Shown here in pieces: positions 20,579 through 31,193 of a stretch of DNA of 64,000 nt. This DNA is from Longimicrobiales bacterium (GTDB lineage Bacteria > Gemmatimonadota > Gemmatimonadetes > Longimicrobiales > Gaopeijiaceae): the NCBI GenBank assembly GCA_965238005.1, contig OZ250165.1:3136001-3200000 (forward strand). The letters run 5' to 3'. How positions within the stretch are numbered: position 1 is the stretch's first letter; each line of letters opens with the position of its first letter. The notes under the pieces were generated by a model. The model was not told the origin of the DNA. It ran no database searches and saw only the letters and a list, made by a program, of their open reading frames with translations. Made by a program: the position numbers and the translations under genes.

Positions 20579-20880
20579 ATGGCGCGGCGGACCCGCGCCA
20601 TCGCGGAGCGCGAAGGCACCACTCTGACCCGATGGATCCGGGAGGCCGTTCGGGAGAGAGCGGCCAAATACGACGTGAAGCGGAGGCTCCACACCGTGGA
20701 GGATCTGGGGGCCTTCTTCCAGGAGTGCGATGAGCTGCAAGAGGGGACCGGAGCCGCCGAGCCTGACTGGGAGGAGCATGAGCGGCTGATCCACGAGTCC
20801 CGCACCGGAGGTCTCGACGCGAAGTGATCTTCGTCGACACGAACGTCTTCGTGTACGCCGTGGGTCGGCCTCATCCCTAC
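20579..20880 (+). pseudogene. Second antitoxin (RHH-like) followed by a truncated VapC start
   Basis: IAEREGTTLTRWIREAVRE...EPDWEEHERLIHESR* overlapping GTG-IFVDTNVFVYAVGRPHP, then a break. Confidence 0.7.
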
Positions 20881-21013
20881 ACCACCCGGCACGCCAGACT
20901 CTCGACGCTGCTACGCTGGCCGTTTAGGCGCCCATGCCGCATTTTTGCTTCTCGCTCTTGCTGTCCGAAGGCGGCGGGCGTTCGGCGGAACAGAAATCTT
21001 CTGGAGGAGAACC

Positions 21014-22000
21014 ATGAGGACTCTGCGGACAACAACTCTTCTATCTGTGGTCGCCCTGCTGGCTCCGACAGCCGTGGTCGGCCAGTCCGGCCCGCCGGCA
21101 GAGCCACCAGCCGAGTGGGGACCCATCGGGATCAACCTGGAGAACGTCCCCTACCCCGCACCCGTCCACTTCATGGAGTTCAGCCTGTACGGGGTGGACG
21201 TGCGCATGGCCTACATGGATGTGCATCCCACTGGGGCCGCCAACGGCAAGACGGTCATGCTGATGCACGGGTCCAACTTCTTCGGCGAGTACTTCTACAA
21301 CACGATCGAAGCGTTGAGTGAGGCGGGATTCCGGGTGGTGGTGCCCGACCGGATCGGCTGGGGTAAGTCATCGAAGCCCATCATACCCTACAGCATCTCC
21401 CGGATGGCGGCCAACGCGGCCAAGCTCCTGGATCATCTGGGCGTGGAGAGTGCGGCCATCGTGGGGCACTCCATGGGTGGCGTGGTGGCCAGCCGGTTCG
21501 CCCTCAACTTCCCAGACAAGACGACCCATCTGGCCCTCGTGAACTCCATCGGCCTCACCGATCCTCGCATCGGCCGCGGGCTCGGCGACTTCGAGCGGTC
21601 GTATGAGAACACTCTGAACCGGACCTACGCGAGCATCGTCCGCGGCCAACAACGCTACTATCGCACACCCTGGAAGCCCGCCTACGAACGCTACATCCGC
21701 ATCCACTACGGCTGGCTGCTGAGCGGCGACTGGCCCCACATGGCGCGGATCCGAGCTCTCATCGGCGAGTCCAACTTCAAGGAGCCGGTGGTCTACGATT
21801 GGCAGCACATCCAGGCCAAGACCCTGGTGACCGGAGGCGCCGACGACGGGCCGAACTTCGCTGCACGGGCGAAGGCCGCCGCACAGGCGTTCCCAAACGG
21901 CAGGCTGGAGCTCATCCCGGGCATCGGGCACAACCCGCACCTGGTAGTTCCGGACAAGCTCCATGCCATCCTGATCCCATTCCTGGAGGAGACCCGTTAG
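21014..22000 (+). CDS. Exported alpha/beta hydrolase
   Basis: HGSNF, DRIGWGKSS, GHSMGG nucleophile elbow, GHNPH. Confidence 0.9.
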   Translation: MRTLRTTTLLSVVALLAPTAVVGQSGPPAEPPAEWGPIGINLENVPYPAPVHFMEFSLYGVDVRMAYMDVHPTGAANGKTVMLMHGSNFFGEYFYNTIEALSEAGFRVVVPDRIGWGKSSKPIIPYSISRMAANAAKLLDHLGVESAAIVGHSMGGVVASRFALNFPDKTTHLALVNSIGLTDPRIGRGLGDFERSYENTLNRTYASIVRGQQRYYRTPWKPAYERYIRIHYGWLLSGDWPHMARIRALIGESNFKEPVVYDWQHIQAKTLVTGGADDGPNFAARAKAAAQAFPNGRLELIPGIGHNPHLVVPDKLHAILIPFLEETR

Positions 22001-22002
22001 AG

Positions 22003-23154
22003 ATGACCCACACACAGGCCGCCATGAGCACGGAGACCCGCTCCTTCGACCAGCTGCGACACGAGCCCCGAACGTTGCTCGGGCCGGGTCCCAGCAACAT
22101 CCATCCCCGGGTCTTCCAGGCCATGACGAGTCCCATCCTCGGGTACCTCGATCCCGACTTTCTGGTGATCATGGACGAGACCATGGCCCTCTTGCGCCAC
22201 CTCTTCCAGACCGAGAACGAGACGGCCATCACGCTTCCCGGATCGGGCATGGCCGGGATGGAGGCCTCCATCTGCAACGTCGTGGAGCCGGGCGACGAGG
22301 TCGTCGTGGGCATCCACGGGTTCTTCGGTCAGAGGATCGCCGAGATCGTGGAGCGCCACGGGGGCACCGCGATCCGGGTGGAGGTCGAGTTCGGCCAGGT
22401 GGTGGAGGCCGACCAGATCCGGGCCGCCATGGACTCGCACCCCGACGCCAAGATGGTGGCCGTGGTCCACGGCGAGACGTCGTCGGGCATGCGCCAGCCT
22501 TTGGCGGAGATCGGTCGGCTCGTGCGCGATCGGGATAAGCTCTTCCTGGTGGACGCGGTCTGCTCACTGGGTGGGGCGAACATCCCCGTGGACGACCTGC
22601 TCATCGATATCTGCTACGCCGGCGGGCAGAAGTGCATCGGGGGGCCGGCGGGCATCTCCTGCATCACGTTGAACGACCGGGCGATCGGGGTCGTCGAGTC
22701 CCGGAGCAAGCCGGTGGACACGTGGTACCTGGACCTGTTGCTGCACCGCAAGTACTGGTCCCCCGAGCGCAGATACCATCACACCGCTCCCGGACCCCAG
22801 ATATGTGCGATGCGTGAGGCGCTACGCCTGATCCACGAGGAAGGGCTCGACGAGCGCATGGCCCGTCACCAGAAGTGCGGCGGCATGCTGAAGGCGGGGC
22901 TCACGGATCTGGGGATCGAGCTGTTCGGCGATCCGGCGAACCGCCTGCCCATGCTCACGTGCGTGATGATCCCCGACGGCGCCGACGACGCCACGGTCCG
23001 GTCGCGGCTACTGCAGGACTACCGAATCGAGATCGCCGGCGGCTTCGGGCCCCTCAAGGGCAAGGGATGGCGCATCGGGCTCATGGGCTACAGCGCCAGC
23101 GAGCGGAACGTGCACTACCTGCTCGCGGCGCTGGGGGAGATCCTCGAGGCCTAA
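22003..23154 (+). CDS. Alanine-glyoxylate/serine-pyruvate aminotransferase (class V PLP)
   Basis: LLGPGPSN, VHGETSSG, DAVCSLGG, GGQKCIG, WRIGLMG. Confidence 0.93.
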   Translation: MTHTQAAMSTETRSFDQLRHEPRTLLGPGPSNIHPRVFQAMTSPILGYLDPDFLVIMDETMALLRHLFQTENETAITLPGSGMAGMEASICNVVEPGDEVVVGIHGFFGQRIAEIVERHGGTAIRVEVEFGQVVEADQIRAAMDSHPDAKMVAVVHGETSSGMRQPLAEIGRLVRDRDKLFLVDAVCSLGGANIPVDDLLIDICYAGGQKCIGGPAGISCITLNDRAIGVVESRSKPVDTWYLDLLLHRKYWSPERRYHHTAPGPQICAMREALRLIHEEGLDERMARHQKCGGMLKAGLTDLGIELFGDPANRLPMLTCVMIPDGADDATVRSRLLQDYRIEIAGGFGPLKGKGWRIGLMGYSASERNVHYLLAALGEILEA

Positions 23155-23265
23155 GGGGGGGCTCTACCGACGCCCTAGGAACTCCTCAGCACCGCGATCA
23201 CTTCACTCCGACCTATCGGCGCGAGCGAGCCTGAATCCCCGTGGCGAATGAACGGGACGGAATCG

Positions 23266-24066
23266 TCATCGTGCCATCAGCTCCCCAATCTGCCGCAGCG
23301 CCGCATCGACCTTCATCTGGATCCCCTGTCGGCCCTTCTCGACGGACGCCAGCGTGGGATCACCGGACACCCCCATCCCCTCGCCTCCGCCCTGGGGCGC
23401 GAGCTTGTCGGTGCGGATGTGCTGGGGCGCGACGTACAGGAGCTGTGAGGTGTCGCGAATGCCCGCGTGTCCCCCGATCGTCTCCGGAGTGTGCCCATAC
23501 TCCTCCAAGAGCCAGTCGTTGATGCCGTGGGCCGAGTAGTAGTCGCCCACGAAGTGGACCCGGGCGGCCTCGCCTGCCCACTCCTCGTTGAGCATTACGG
23601 CCACGTCGCGCATCCCGCCCTGATTCCCGCCGCTGTCGCCGATGAAAACGACGTCCGTGAAGCCGTGGACGGCCAGGCTCCGGGCCGCGTACTCCAGGAG
23701 CTTCATGAAGTGCTCGTTGGGAAGAGTGATCGTCCCGGCGTATCGCATGTGCCCGCGGATGTTCTCCACCGAGCCCTCCGGCACGTAGGTGACCACGGGG
23801 GCCACCAGCGCATTGCCGAGCTCACGGGCGATGAGGTTCGACGCGTGGTTGACGATGAACTTGTGCTTGCCTAGCACCATGTGGGGGCCGTTCTGCTCGG
23901 TCCCCGCCGTGGGCACGATGATCGTCGTCGTGCCGGCATCGATCCTCGCCCGGACCTCGGTCCAGGTGAGCTCCTCCAGGAAGACCGTGTCAGGCCCCTG
24001 CTGGGCCGAGAGGGCGGTGCCGGCGAGTAGGGGAGCGACGGCCGCTACGATGGTGCGTGGCTTCAT
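23266..24066 (-). CDS. Exported creatininase-family protein
   Basis: EELTWTEV, GTEQNGPH, GDSGGN, GHAGIRDTS. Confidence 0.9.
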   Translation of the reverse strand: MKPRTIVAAVAPLLAGTALSAQQGPDTVFLEELTWTEVRARIDAGTTTIIVPTAGTEQNGPHMVLGKHKFIVNHASNLIARELGNALVAPVVTYVPEGSVENIRGHMRYAGTITLPNEHFMKLLEYAARSLAVHGFTDVVFIGDSGGNQGGMRDVAVMLNEEWAGEAARVHFVGDYYSAHGINDWLLEEYGHTPETIGGHAGIRDTSQLLYVAPQHIRTDKLAPQGGGEGMGVSGDPTLASVEKGRQGIQMKVDAALRQIGELMAR

Positions 24067-24187
24067 GGGATTCTCCGGGTAATTGGGCGACTGAGGATGG
24101 GGATCGGGGGGGATTGAGTCCAGGGTCGCTGTGCCGTGCGGGGCGGTCAGGCCTACAGGTGCGCCATGCCGCCCAGGGCGGTCAGGT

Positions 24188-25510
24188 CTACGGGTTCGCG
24201 GCCAGCCACCGGGCGAACTCGGCGTGCGTCGCGCTCAGGATCTCGAGGATCGCCCCCCGATCCGCGGCCGAGAGGTGATCGAACACGTCGCTCGTGTCCC
24301 GGCCCGAGGCAACCTCCCAGAGGCGTCGGAACACCTGCTCCTTCAGCGCACCCGGGAGCGCTCCGAAGGCGTCCGAGTGGATGAGGTAGCTGAGCGGGTA
24401 CCGAAACAGCCGCCGGGTCAGGTCCATCTCCCGGAGGGAGCGTCCCTGCTCGTCCCGCGGTCCCAGGCTCTCGAAGTGGGAACGGAAGCCCGACGTCCCT
24501 TGGATCGGACCGTCCAGGGTCGCCTCATCCACGAACAGCACGGCCCGGACCAGGGGCTCGGCCAGGGCCTCGGCGAGGGTCTCGATGTCGGCCGGAGCGG
24601 TCTCGTCAGCGCTCCGAGCCTCCCAACTGGCGCGCGTCATGACGTTCTGCACGTGGATCTGATGCTCGGCCACCATGAGCGCGACGATGTCGCTGTGCTC
24701 GGTGAGATACGGCCCGGTGTCCAGGAGGCCGCTCAGGTCCGTGAGGTTGCCGTTTGAAGGCGCCCGGCCCGGTGCAGCATCGGCAGGCACGCCCAGGACG
24801 ATGTTGCCCATGTGGGTCTGGTCACCGTGGGTGCCCGTCACGTACCAACCGCCCCATCGCTCATCGAGCGGGGTCTGGTCGGTCGTCAGCCGCCAGGTGC
24901 CGTGCGTGGCCGGCCGGCCGATCTCGTTGGTCGGCCCCGAGCCGATGAGGAATCGCGGCACCCCACCCCCGGCGAGACCATAGGTGTCGTGGCACTGGAG
25001 ACAGAGGCCTTTCGCCCGCTTGAAGTCGGGCTGATCTCCCCGCTTCTGTCCGAGTGTGTAGAACACCGGCCCCAGGTTCGGATCCATGGCCGCAATCTCC
25101 AAGAACTGACTGCCCCGCAGCCAGGCCACGTAGACGTCGTCCGAGAAATACAGGGCCCGCGGTGTCTCCGGGGAGATGAAGCGCACCTGAAAGCTGGTCT
25201 TCGAAAAGACGAGCCTCTGCGACTCCACGGGGATGTGGAGGGATTCCAGGAGCGACGCGAGGTATCCGCCTTTGGCGTCGAAGGTCAGCTCGGCGTCGGC
25301 GCGGGCGATGGCCCGTTGCAGCTCTGCGACGCGGTCGGTGGGGGGGTGGCTGGAGTAGCCGACGGCGGGATATTCCCGGTCGTAGCGGAGCTGCTGGGCG
25401 GCGAGCAGGGGCACTGGCAGGAGCAGTGCTGGCGCCGAGAGGAGCAGGACGAGCGCAGCGGCCGGCAGAAGCTGGATGAACGGTACGAGGAGTGATGCGG
25501 GCCGAGACAT
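24188..25510 (-). CDS. Exported hypothetical c-type cytochrome
   Basis: Signal peptide; single CLQCH heme motif; VFSKTSFQ, ERWGGWYVTG. Confidence 0.75.
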   Translation of the reverse strand: MSRPASLLVPFIQLLPAAALVLLLSAPALLLPVPLLAAQQLRYDREYPAVGYSSHPPTDRVAELQRAIARADAELTFDAKGGYLASLLESLHIPVESQRLVFSKTSFQVRFISPETPRALYFSDDVYVAWLRGSQFLEIAAMDPNLGPVFYTLGQKRGDQPDFKRAKGLCLQCHDTYGLAGGGVPRFLIGSGPTNEIGRPATHGTWRLTTDQTPLDERWGGWYVTGTHGDQTHMGNIVLGVPADAAPGRAPSNGNLTDLSGLLDTGPYLTEHSDIVALMVAEHQIHVQNVMTRASWEARSADETAPADIETLAEALAEPLVRAVLFVDEATLDGPIQGTSGFRSHFESLGPRDEQGRSLREMDLTRRLFRYPLSYLIHSDAFGALPGALKEQVFRRLWEVASGRDTSDVFDHLSAADRGAILEILSATHAEFARWLAANP

Positions 25511-25618
25511 GGCCGCAAGATGCGGCTAGCCTCCGCGCGAACACAAGCGTCTCACCGCTTCAAGCCACAAACAGAACCCCAGCACGCACGATCCGCCGAC
25601 GGGAACCGCCGCCGGGGG

Positions 25619-26926
25619 TTACCGCGGAGGCGCCACGTCCCCGGTCATAGGCTCCAAACGCACGACGTCCGTCAGGGGCTCTCCCCGCTCGCCCTCGATG
25701 GCCAGGTAGACGAAGCCGTCCGGGCCAGCCCGCACGTCCCGGATCCGCCCAAGGACCCCACCGAGCAGTGTCTCTTCACTCATCGCGATGCCATCGGAAA
25801 GGGAGACCCGGGCGACCCGCTCTCCCACCAGGCCGCCCACGAACGCGCTGCCCCGCCACCACGGGAACTGGTCACCGGCGTAGAACATCAGGCCCGAGGT
25901 GCCGATGGAGGGAACCCAGGTAAACCGGGGCGACTCCATCCCCTCCCGCTCCGTTTCCGTCGTGATGACCCGGCCGTCGTAGTGGATTCCGTAGGAGACC
26001 ACGGGCCAGCCGTAGTTCCGTCCGCGCACGATGAGGTTCAGCTCATCGCCCCCCCTGGGACCATGCTCGTTAGACCAGACCTCTCCCGTCTCCGGGTGCA
26101 CGGTGAGCCCCTGCAGGTTGCGGTGCCCGTAGCTCCAGATCTCGGGAAGGACGTCGTCCTGGCCGACGAAGGGGTTGTCCCATGGGACCCGGCCGTCGTC
26201 GTGGAGACGGACGATGGTACCCATGTGGTTCATGAGGTCCTGCGCCGGATGGTCGCCCAGCAGGTCGGGATCGACCATCCGATCGCCCACCGTCAGGAAG
26301 AGGTAGCCATCGTGGTCGAAGGCCATCCGCCCGGAGAAGTGGTTGTTGTTGTCGCCCCAGGCGTTCGACTCGAAGATCTCCTCCACGTCTTCCACGTGAT
26401 CGCCCTCGAGGCGTCCCCGTACGACGGTGGTCGTACCCATTGAGCCGTCCTCGTTGGGCTTTCCGTAGCTCAGGTAGATCAGCCTGTTCGTGGCGAAGTC
26501 CGGATGCGGCACCACGTCCATGAACCCTCCCTGCCCCCGCTCGCGATAGACCGCGGGCCAGCCCGTGATGGGGTCCGGATCGAGCACGCCGTCCCTGATG
26601 ATCCTCAAGCGGCCGGGTCGCTCCGTGATGAGCATCTCACCGCCGGGCAGCCAGGCCATGGACCACGGGTGATCAAGGTCCTCGGCCACGGTCACGAGGT
26701 GGAAGTTGTGGCGCGCGGTCACGTGCACCTCGGCCTCGCCGTTCAGCCCCGATTGGGCGTCGGGGGACTGGGCGACGAGTGGACTTCCGGGGACAAGGAG
26801 GCCGACGCCCGTGAGGCCGAGAATACCTCCGACCAAAGCAACGCGGCGGATGCCCCCGGTCAGGCTATGGCGGCGGCGGACGCGTCCAACAACGCTATAG
26901 CGACGGCGGACGCGGGGAAGTCGCAT
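25619..26926 (-). CDS. PQQ-dependent soluble sugar dehydrogenase (GSDH/YliI family)
   Basis: LDHPWSMAWLP, ITERPGRL, EIWSYGHRNLQG, EHGPRGGDELN, GRNYGWP. Confidence 0.93.
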   Translation of the reverse strand: MRLPRVRRRYSVVGRVRRRHSLTGGIRRVALVGGILGLTGVGLLVPGSPLVAQSPDAQSGLNGEAEVHVTARHNFHLVTVAEDLDHPWSMAWLPGGEMLITERPGRLRIIRDGVLDPDPITGWPAVYRERGQGGFMDVVPHPDFATNRLIYLSYGKPNEDGSMGTTTVVRGRLEGDHVEDVEEIFESNAWGDNNNHFSGRMAFDHDGYLFLTVGDRMVDPDLLGDHPAQDLMNHMGTIVRLHDDGRVPWDNPFVGQDDVLPEIWSYGHRNLQGLTVHPETGEVWSNEHGPRGGDELNLIVRGRNYGWPVVSYGIHYDGRVITTETEREGMESPRFTWVPSIGTSGLMFYAGDQFPWWRGSAFVGGLVGERVARVSLSDGIAMSEETLLGGVLGRIRDVRAGPDGFVYLAIEGERGEPLTDVVRLEPMTGDVAPPR

Positions 26927-27078
26927 GATCCCTGTCCTCCCAGCTCGAATTGGTTCTCTGGCGAGTCGTGATTCCGGCGCGCCTCAGCATGCGGCTCCCT
27001 GTCGTGAAGAGCAAGGAAGGCACAGACGGAGCACTGAACCGCAGTGACGGCCACTAGCCACCAAGCCACTCGCCCACC

Positions 27079-28353
27079 TCAGTACCCCAGCAGGTTCGGC
27101 AGGAACAGCACCACCCCCGGCACGAACGCGATGACCACCGTGAGCGCCAGCATCAGCGCCAGGTAGGGCCAGAGCGGGCGCGCGACCTCTGCCGGCTCCA
27201 CCCCTCCCACCGAGCAGGCCACCAGCAGGCTCACGCCCACCGGCGGCAGGAACACCGAGATCCCCTGGGTCGCCACGATGACGGTCCCGTAGTGCACCGG
27301 GTCGATCCCGAGCTGCCTCGCCAGGGGCAGCAGGATCGGCGTCAGCATGACGACCGCCGGTACGCCCTCCAGGATGGCGCCGAGGGGGAGGAAGATGAGG
27401 ATGGTGAGGATCATGAAGCCCGCTTGGCCGCCTCCCAATCCCACCATGGAGGACGCCAGCGCCTGCGGCACCTGCATGACGGCCAGCACCCACCCCAGGA
27501 GGTGTGCAGCGCCCACCACGAACAGGACCATACCCGACACCATGGCGGTCTGGACGACCTTGCTCCACAGCTCCCCCGCCGGGAGGGCTCTGTACACCGG
27601 GCCGGCCAGGAGCAGTGCGTAGGCAACGGCGACTGCCGCGGCTTCGGTGGGTGTGAACAAGCCGAACCGGATGCCTCCCAGGATGACGACGATCATGAAG
27701 AGGGGGAGCAGGGCCTCCAGGGCCGCATCCCGGACCTCCGCAAAGGATGCGCGCTCGCCCGCCGGCCATCCTTCCCGCCGGGCCTGCCACCCGATCTGTG
27801 TCATCAAGCCCACGGCGATCAGGAGCGCCGGCGTAATAGAGGCCACGAACAGCGCGCCCACGGAGACGTTGCCAATAACCCCGTATACGACCATGACGAT
27901 GGCGGGCGGAATGAGAATCCCCATTCCGCACGCGGCCGAGACGATAGCAGTCGAGCGCGCCCGGCCGTAGCCGTTGGCAGTGAGCTGCGGCACCATGATC
28001 CCCCCGATGGCCGCCGCGTCCGCCGACGTAGAGCCCGACACACCCGAGAAGAAGATCTCGGCCATGATGACCACCTGCCCAAGCCCTCCGGGAAGATGTC
28101 CCACCAACGAGCGCGCCAGCGTCACCAGGCGGCGGCTGATCCCCCCCACGTCCATGAGGAAGCCCGCCAGGATGAAGAGCGGTACGGCGAGCATGGGGAA
28201 GGAATCCATCCCTGCCACGATCTGTTGTGGGATGATGACGAGGGGCAGGTCCGCCACCACGACGGCGACGCTGGCAGCGGTCGCCAGGGCGAAGCCGATG
28301 GGCACGGCGGCCAGCACCAGCGCTCCGAAGGTGCCGAGGAGGAGGCCTCCCAC
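27079..28353 (-). CDS. dctM: TRAP transporter large permease
   Basis: DSFPMLAVPLFILAG, SGSTSADAAAIG, FTPTEAA, GIDPVHYG. Confidence 0.93.
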   Translation of the reverse strand: MGGLLLGTFGALVLAAVPIGFALATAASVAVVVADLPLVIIPQQIVAGMDSFPMLAVPLFILAGFLMDVGGISRRLVTLARSLVGHLPGGLGQVVIMAEIFFSGVSGSTSADAAAIGGIMVPQLTANGYGRARSTAIVSAACGMGILIPPAIVMVVYGVIGNVSVGALFVASITPALLIAVGLMTQIGWQARREGWPAGERASFAEVRDAALEALLPLFMIVVILGGIRFGLFTPTEAAAVAVAYALLLAGPVYRALPAGELWSKVVQTAMVSGMVLFVVGAAHLLGWVLAVMQVPQALASSMVGLGGGQAGFMILTILIFLPLGAILEGVPAVVMLTPILLPLARQLGIDPVHYGTVIVATQGISVFLPPVGVSLLVACSVGGVEPAEVARPLWPYLALMLALTVVIAFVPGVVLFLPNLLGY

Positions 28354-28943
28354 TAGCCGCTCTCCTCGGTCGGTGGTTCCACAACAGTGCGCTCCGTGGG
28401 CCGGCCCGCCCCGGCGGACTCCGTCGGCTGGCCTGGCCCGGCGAGCTCCGTCGGTTGGCCTGGCCCGCTGAGCTCCGTCGTCGGCTGGCCCCACTCGGCA
28501 AGCAGGTGGAGCACCATCAGCGCACCGGAAACGGGAACCGCTGCGTACACGAGCGCGATGGGGAGATTCAGGGCCGATGAGCGCTCTCCCATCGTGAGGC
28601 CCATGAGGGCGATACCCGTCGCGATGAGGAGCAGCGCGAACAGGAAGACAACGGCAGCCGCGAATGTCTCCACGGCAGACTTCCAGCGCGGAGCCAGACC
28701 TTTGGTGACCTGATCGAACCCGAAGTGGGCCCGGTGCTCCACCGCTAAGGACGCACCCAGCATGGACATCCAGATGAAGCAGAACCTGGAGACCTCCTCG
28801 CTCCACGGGTTCGGGTACGCGAAGAGGTAGCGCATTCCGACCTGGAGGAGGACGACGACCGAGACCGTCAACACGAGCCCGCCCGCAGCGAAGGCCTCGA
28901 GGGAGACCAGGATTCGGTTGAGCGCCTTCAGTCGCTGCGACAT
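28353..28943 (-). CDS. dctQ: TRAP transporter small permease with a repeat-expanded tail
   Basis: QVGMRY, WSEEVSRF; tail of GQPTELAGP-like units. Confidence 0.9.
   Translation of the reverse strand: MSQRLKALNRILVSLEAFAAGGLVLTVSVVVLLQVGMRYLFAYPNPWSEEVSRFCFIWMSMLGASLAVEHRAHFGFDQVTKGLAPRWKSAVETFAAAVVFLFALLLIATGIALMGLTMGERSSALNLPIALVYAAVPVSGALMVLHLLAEWGQPTTELSGPGQPTELAGPGQPTESAGAGRPTERTVVEPPTEESG
28390..28492. repeat. About 4 degenerate 27-nt tandem units in the dctQ 3' end
   Basis: GQPTTELSGP/GQPTELAGP/GQPTESAGA/GRPTE. Confidence 0.75.
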
Positions 28944-29037
28944 TCGTCAGCCTCCTCAAGCCGTTGTCCCAATAACGGCTCCATTATCCCCGGCATCGTT
29001 CCCGACCCGGGATCGCCCGCTCCAATGGTCGGCCCCC

Positions 29038-30078
29038 TCACGGCGCCGCCCGCCGTACCTCTTCCACGAGCCTTGCGATCAACGCCTCCCCGTCCGACAG
29101 TCGACGCGCCAGCTCGTCCCAGACGTGCGGGCGGACGGCGGGAACGAACGGGGCCACATCGGGGCGGGAGATCTCCACGTCGCTGGCGCGCATCTCCTCC
29201 AGGGCTTCCGCCTCCATCTGGCGGGCAACCTCGCTCTGGTAGGCGAGTGCGTCGGCCGCCGAGCGATCGAGCGCATCCCGGATGTCCGCGGGAAGCGACT
29301 GGTAGAACGGCTCGTTCACGAGGAGCGTGATGGGGTTGTAGGTGATGGACGTGAAGCTGTAGAACTTGGCCACCTCGTGGAGCCGGCTGCTCACGAACCC
29401 GATGGCGTTGGCCTCGCCCCCCTCGATCACGCCCTGCTGGAGGGCGGAGTAGACCTCGCCGTAGTTCATCGGTGTGGCCTGGACGCCCAGCGCGGAATAG
29501 GCCGCCAAATAGGTCGGGTTCTGAAGGACGCGGAGCTTGAGACCGGCGAGATCGGCAGGCGTCTCTACGGATCGCCTCGTGTTGTAGACGTGCCGGAAGC
29601 CGTAGTCCAAGAAGCCCAACGATCGAACCCCGGTGCGCTCCCGAAGCAGATCGCGCCACCAGTCGCCGATGGGGCCGTCCATCACCGCGAGCCCGTGCTC
29701 CCGGGTCTCGAAGAGGAACGGGAGATCGAAGATCTGCCCCTCGGGGACCCAGCCGGAGAGCACGGGCGTGCCCGAGATGGCCATGTGCACGGCGCCGACC
29801 TGGATCTGCTCGAAGGCGACGCGCTCTCCCCCGAGCTGTCCCGACGGATAGATGGTGACTCGGAGCTGCCCCTCGGTCCGCTCGAGCATGAGGTCCCGGA
29901 AGCGCTCCGCCATGAGGTGGAACTCCGAGCTACCCGAAAGCACGTGGGAGAGGCGGATGTTCCAGGTGGCAGGGTCGGAGGCCTCCTGGTCGAGGCCCCC
30001 ACAGGACGCGACCGCGAGCGCCACCAGGAGCGTCAAACACCGGAGGGCATCTCGCGTCTTCACGGAATGGTCCAGCAT
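29038..30078 (-). CDS. dctP: TRAP substrate-binding lipoprotein
   Basis: VASC lipobox, YPSGQLGGE, DLAGLKLRV, EVYSALQQGVIEG. Confidence 0.93.
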   Translation of the reverse strand: MLDHSVKTRDALRCLTLLVALAVASCGGLDQEASDPATWNIRLSHVLSGSSEFHLMAERFRDLMLERTEGQLRVTIYPSGQLGGERVAFEQIQVGAVHMAISGTPVLSGWVPEGQIFDLPFLFETREHGLAVMDGPIGDWWRDLLRERTGVRSLGFLDYGFRHVYNTRRSVETPADLAGLKLRVLQNPTYLAAYSALGVQATPMNYGEVYSALQQGVIEGGEANAIGFVSSRLHEVAKFYSFTSITYNPITLLVNEPFYQSLPADIRDALDRSAADALAYQSEVARQMEAEALEEMRASDVEISRPDVAPFVPAVRPHVWDELARRLSDGEALIARLVEEVRRAAP

Positions 30079-30148
30079 GGCCCCAACGAGTCCACACCCA
30101 CGCCGCACGCACGCCCACCGCATCCTCGCGGCCGCAAATCTTCGACCC

Positions 30149-30913
30149 CTAGGCACCCCAGATCGTCTGGCCACCATCGATGAATACCGTGGCGCCTGTC
30201 ACCAGGCGCGCCTCGTCCTTCGACGCGAGGAACACCACGGCCCCCACCAGATCCTCGGGGGCGCCGATCTCCTTGAGCGGGATCCGGGCGAGACGGCGCT
30301 CACGGAAGTCGTCCCGGGTGATATCGGCCCGGTTCATGTCCGTCTCGATGAGACCCGGCGCAATGGAGTTGACCCGGATCTTGTGGGGCGCCAGCTCGAG
30401 CGCCATCTGCTTCGTCAGCATCTCGACGCCCGCCTTCGCGACGCAATAGTGGGTGAGGTTGGGGGCGGCTACCGCCTGCCCCGCGGAGGATACGTTGACG
30501 ATGGCACCAGGCGTCTGTGCCTCGGTCATGCGACGCGCCACCGCTTGGCCCACGAGGAAGTAGCCCTTCAGATTGACGTCCAAGATGGCATCCCACTCCT
30601 CCTCGCTGATCTCGAGGAGTGGAGTCCGCTTCAGGATGCCGGCGTTGTTTACGAGGATGTCGATGCCGCCCAGGAAGTCGTCCGCCTCGGCAACGAAGCG
30701 CTCGATGTCGGATCGGGAATCCGTCGAGCCCTGCACGGCGGTGGCTCGTCGCCCCATCTTTTCGATCTGACGGACGGCGTCCTCCGCATCCTCACGGCTG
30801 CGCCTGAAGTTGACCGCGACGTCGGCGCCCTCGCGGGCCAGCCCGAGGGCGATGCCGCGGCCGATACTCCGCGATCCGCCGGTGACCAGAGCACGCTGAC
30901 CTTCGAGACGCAT
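30149..30913 (-). CDS. Short-chain dehydrogenase/reductase
   Basis: VTGGSRSIG, NNAG, YCVAK. Confidence 0.95.
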   Translation of the reverse strand: MRLEGQRALVTGGSRSIGRGIALGLAREGADVAVNFRRSREDAEDAVRQIEKMGRRATAVQGSTDSRSDIERFVAEADDFLGGIDILVNNAGILKRTPLLEISEEEWDAILDVNLKGYFLVGQAVARRMTEAQTPGAIVNVSSAGQAVAAPNLTHYCVAKAGVEMLTKQMALELAPHKIRVNSIAPGLIETDMNRADITRDDFRERRLARIPLKEIGAPEDLVGAVVFLASKDEARLVTGATVFIDGGQTIWGA

Positions 30914-31193
30914 GGGAGATCCAAACGTTCAGGCTACGAGAGAGTCCGAGCCGAAAGAGTTGGGGGAGAGGCACGGATTCGCAATGCGGGGCGCGCTTCG
31001 CATGCCGCCTCTCGTGCCTCACCCGTCGGGCCGGTCGCTCGAGTAGCCCGACCGCAGCAACCCGGCCACTCCTAGGTGTCGGGGACGGCGCGCCGCTACT
31101 CTCATGGTGTCCCAGGCCCCAGGCCATTCGTAGTTTCCCCCTCGCGAGGATGGTGTCGGGTGTGGTCTGTCCACCTCTCTCACGGAGTAATGC

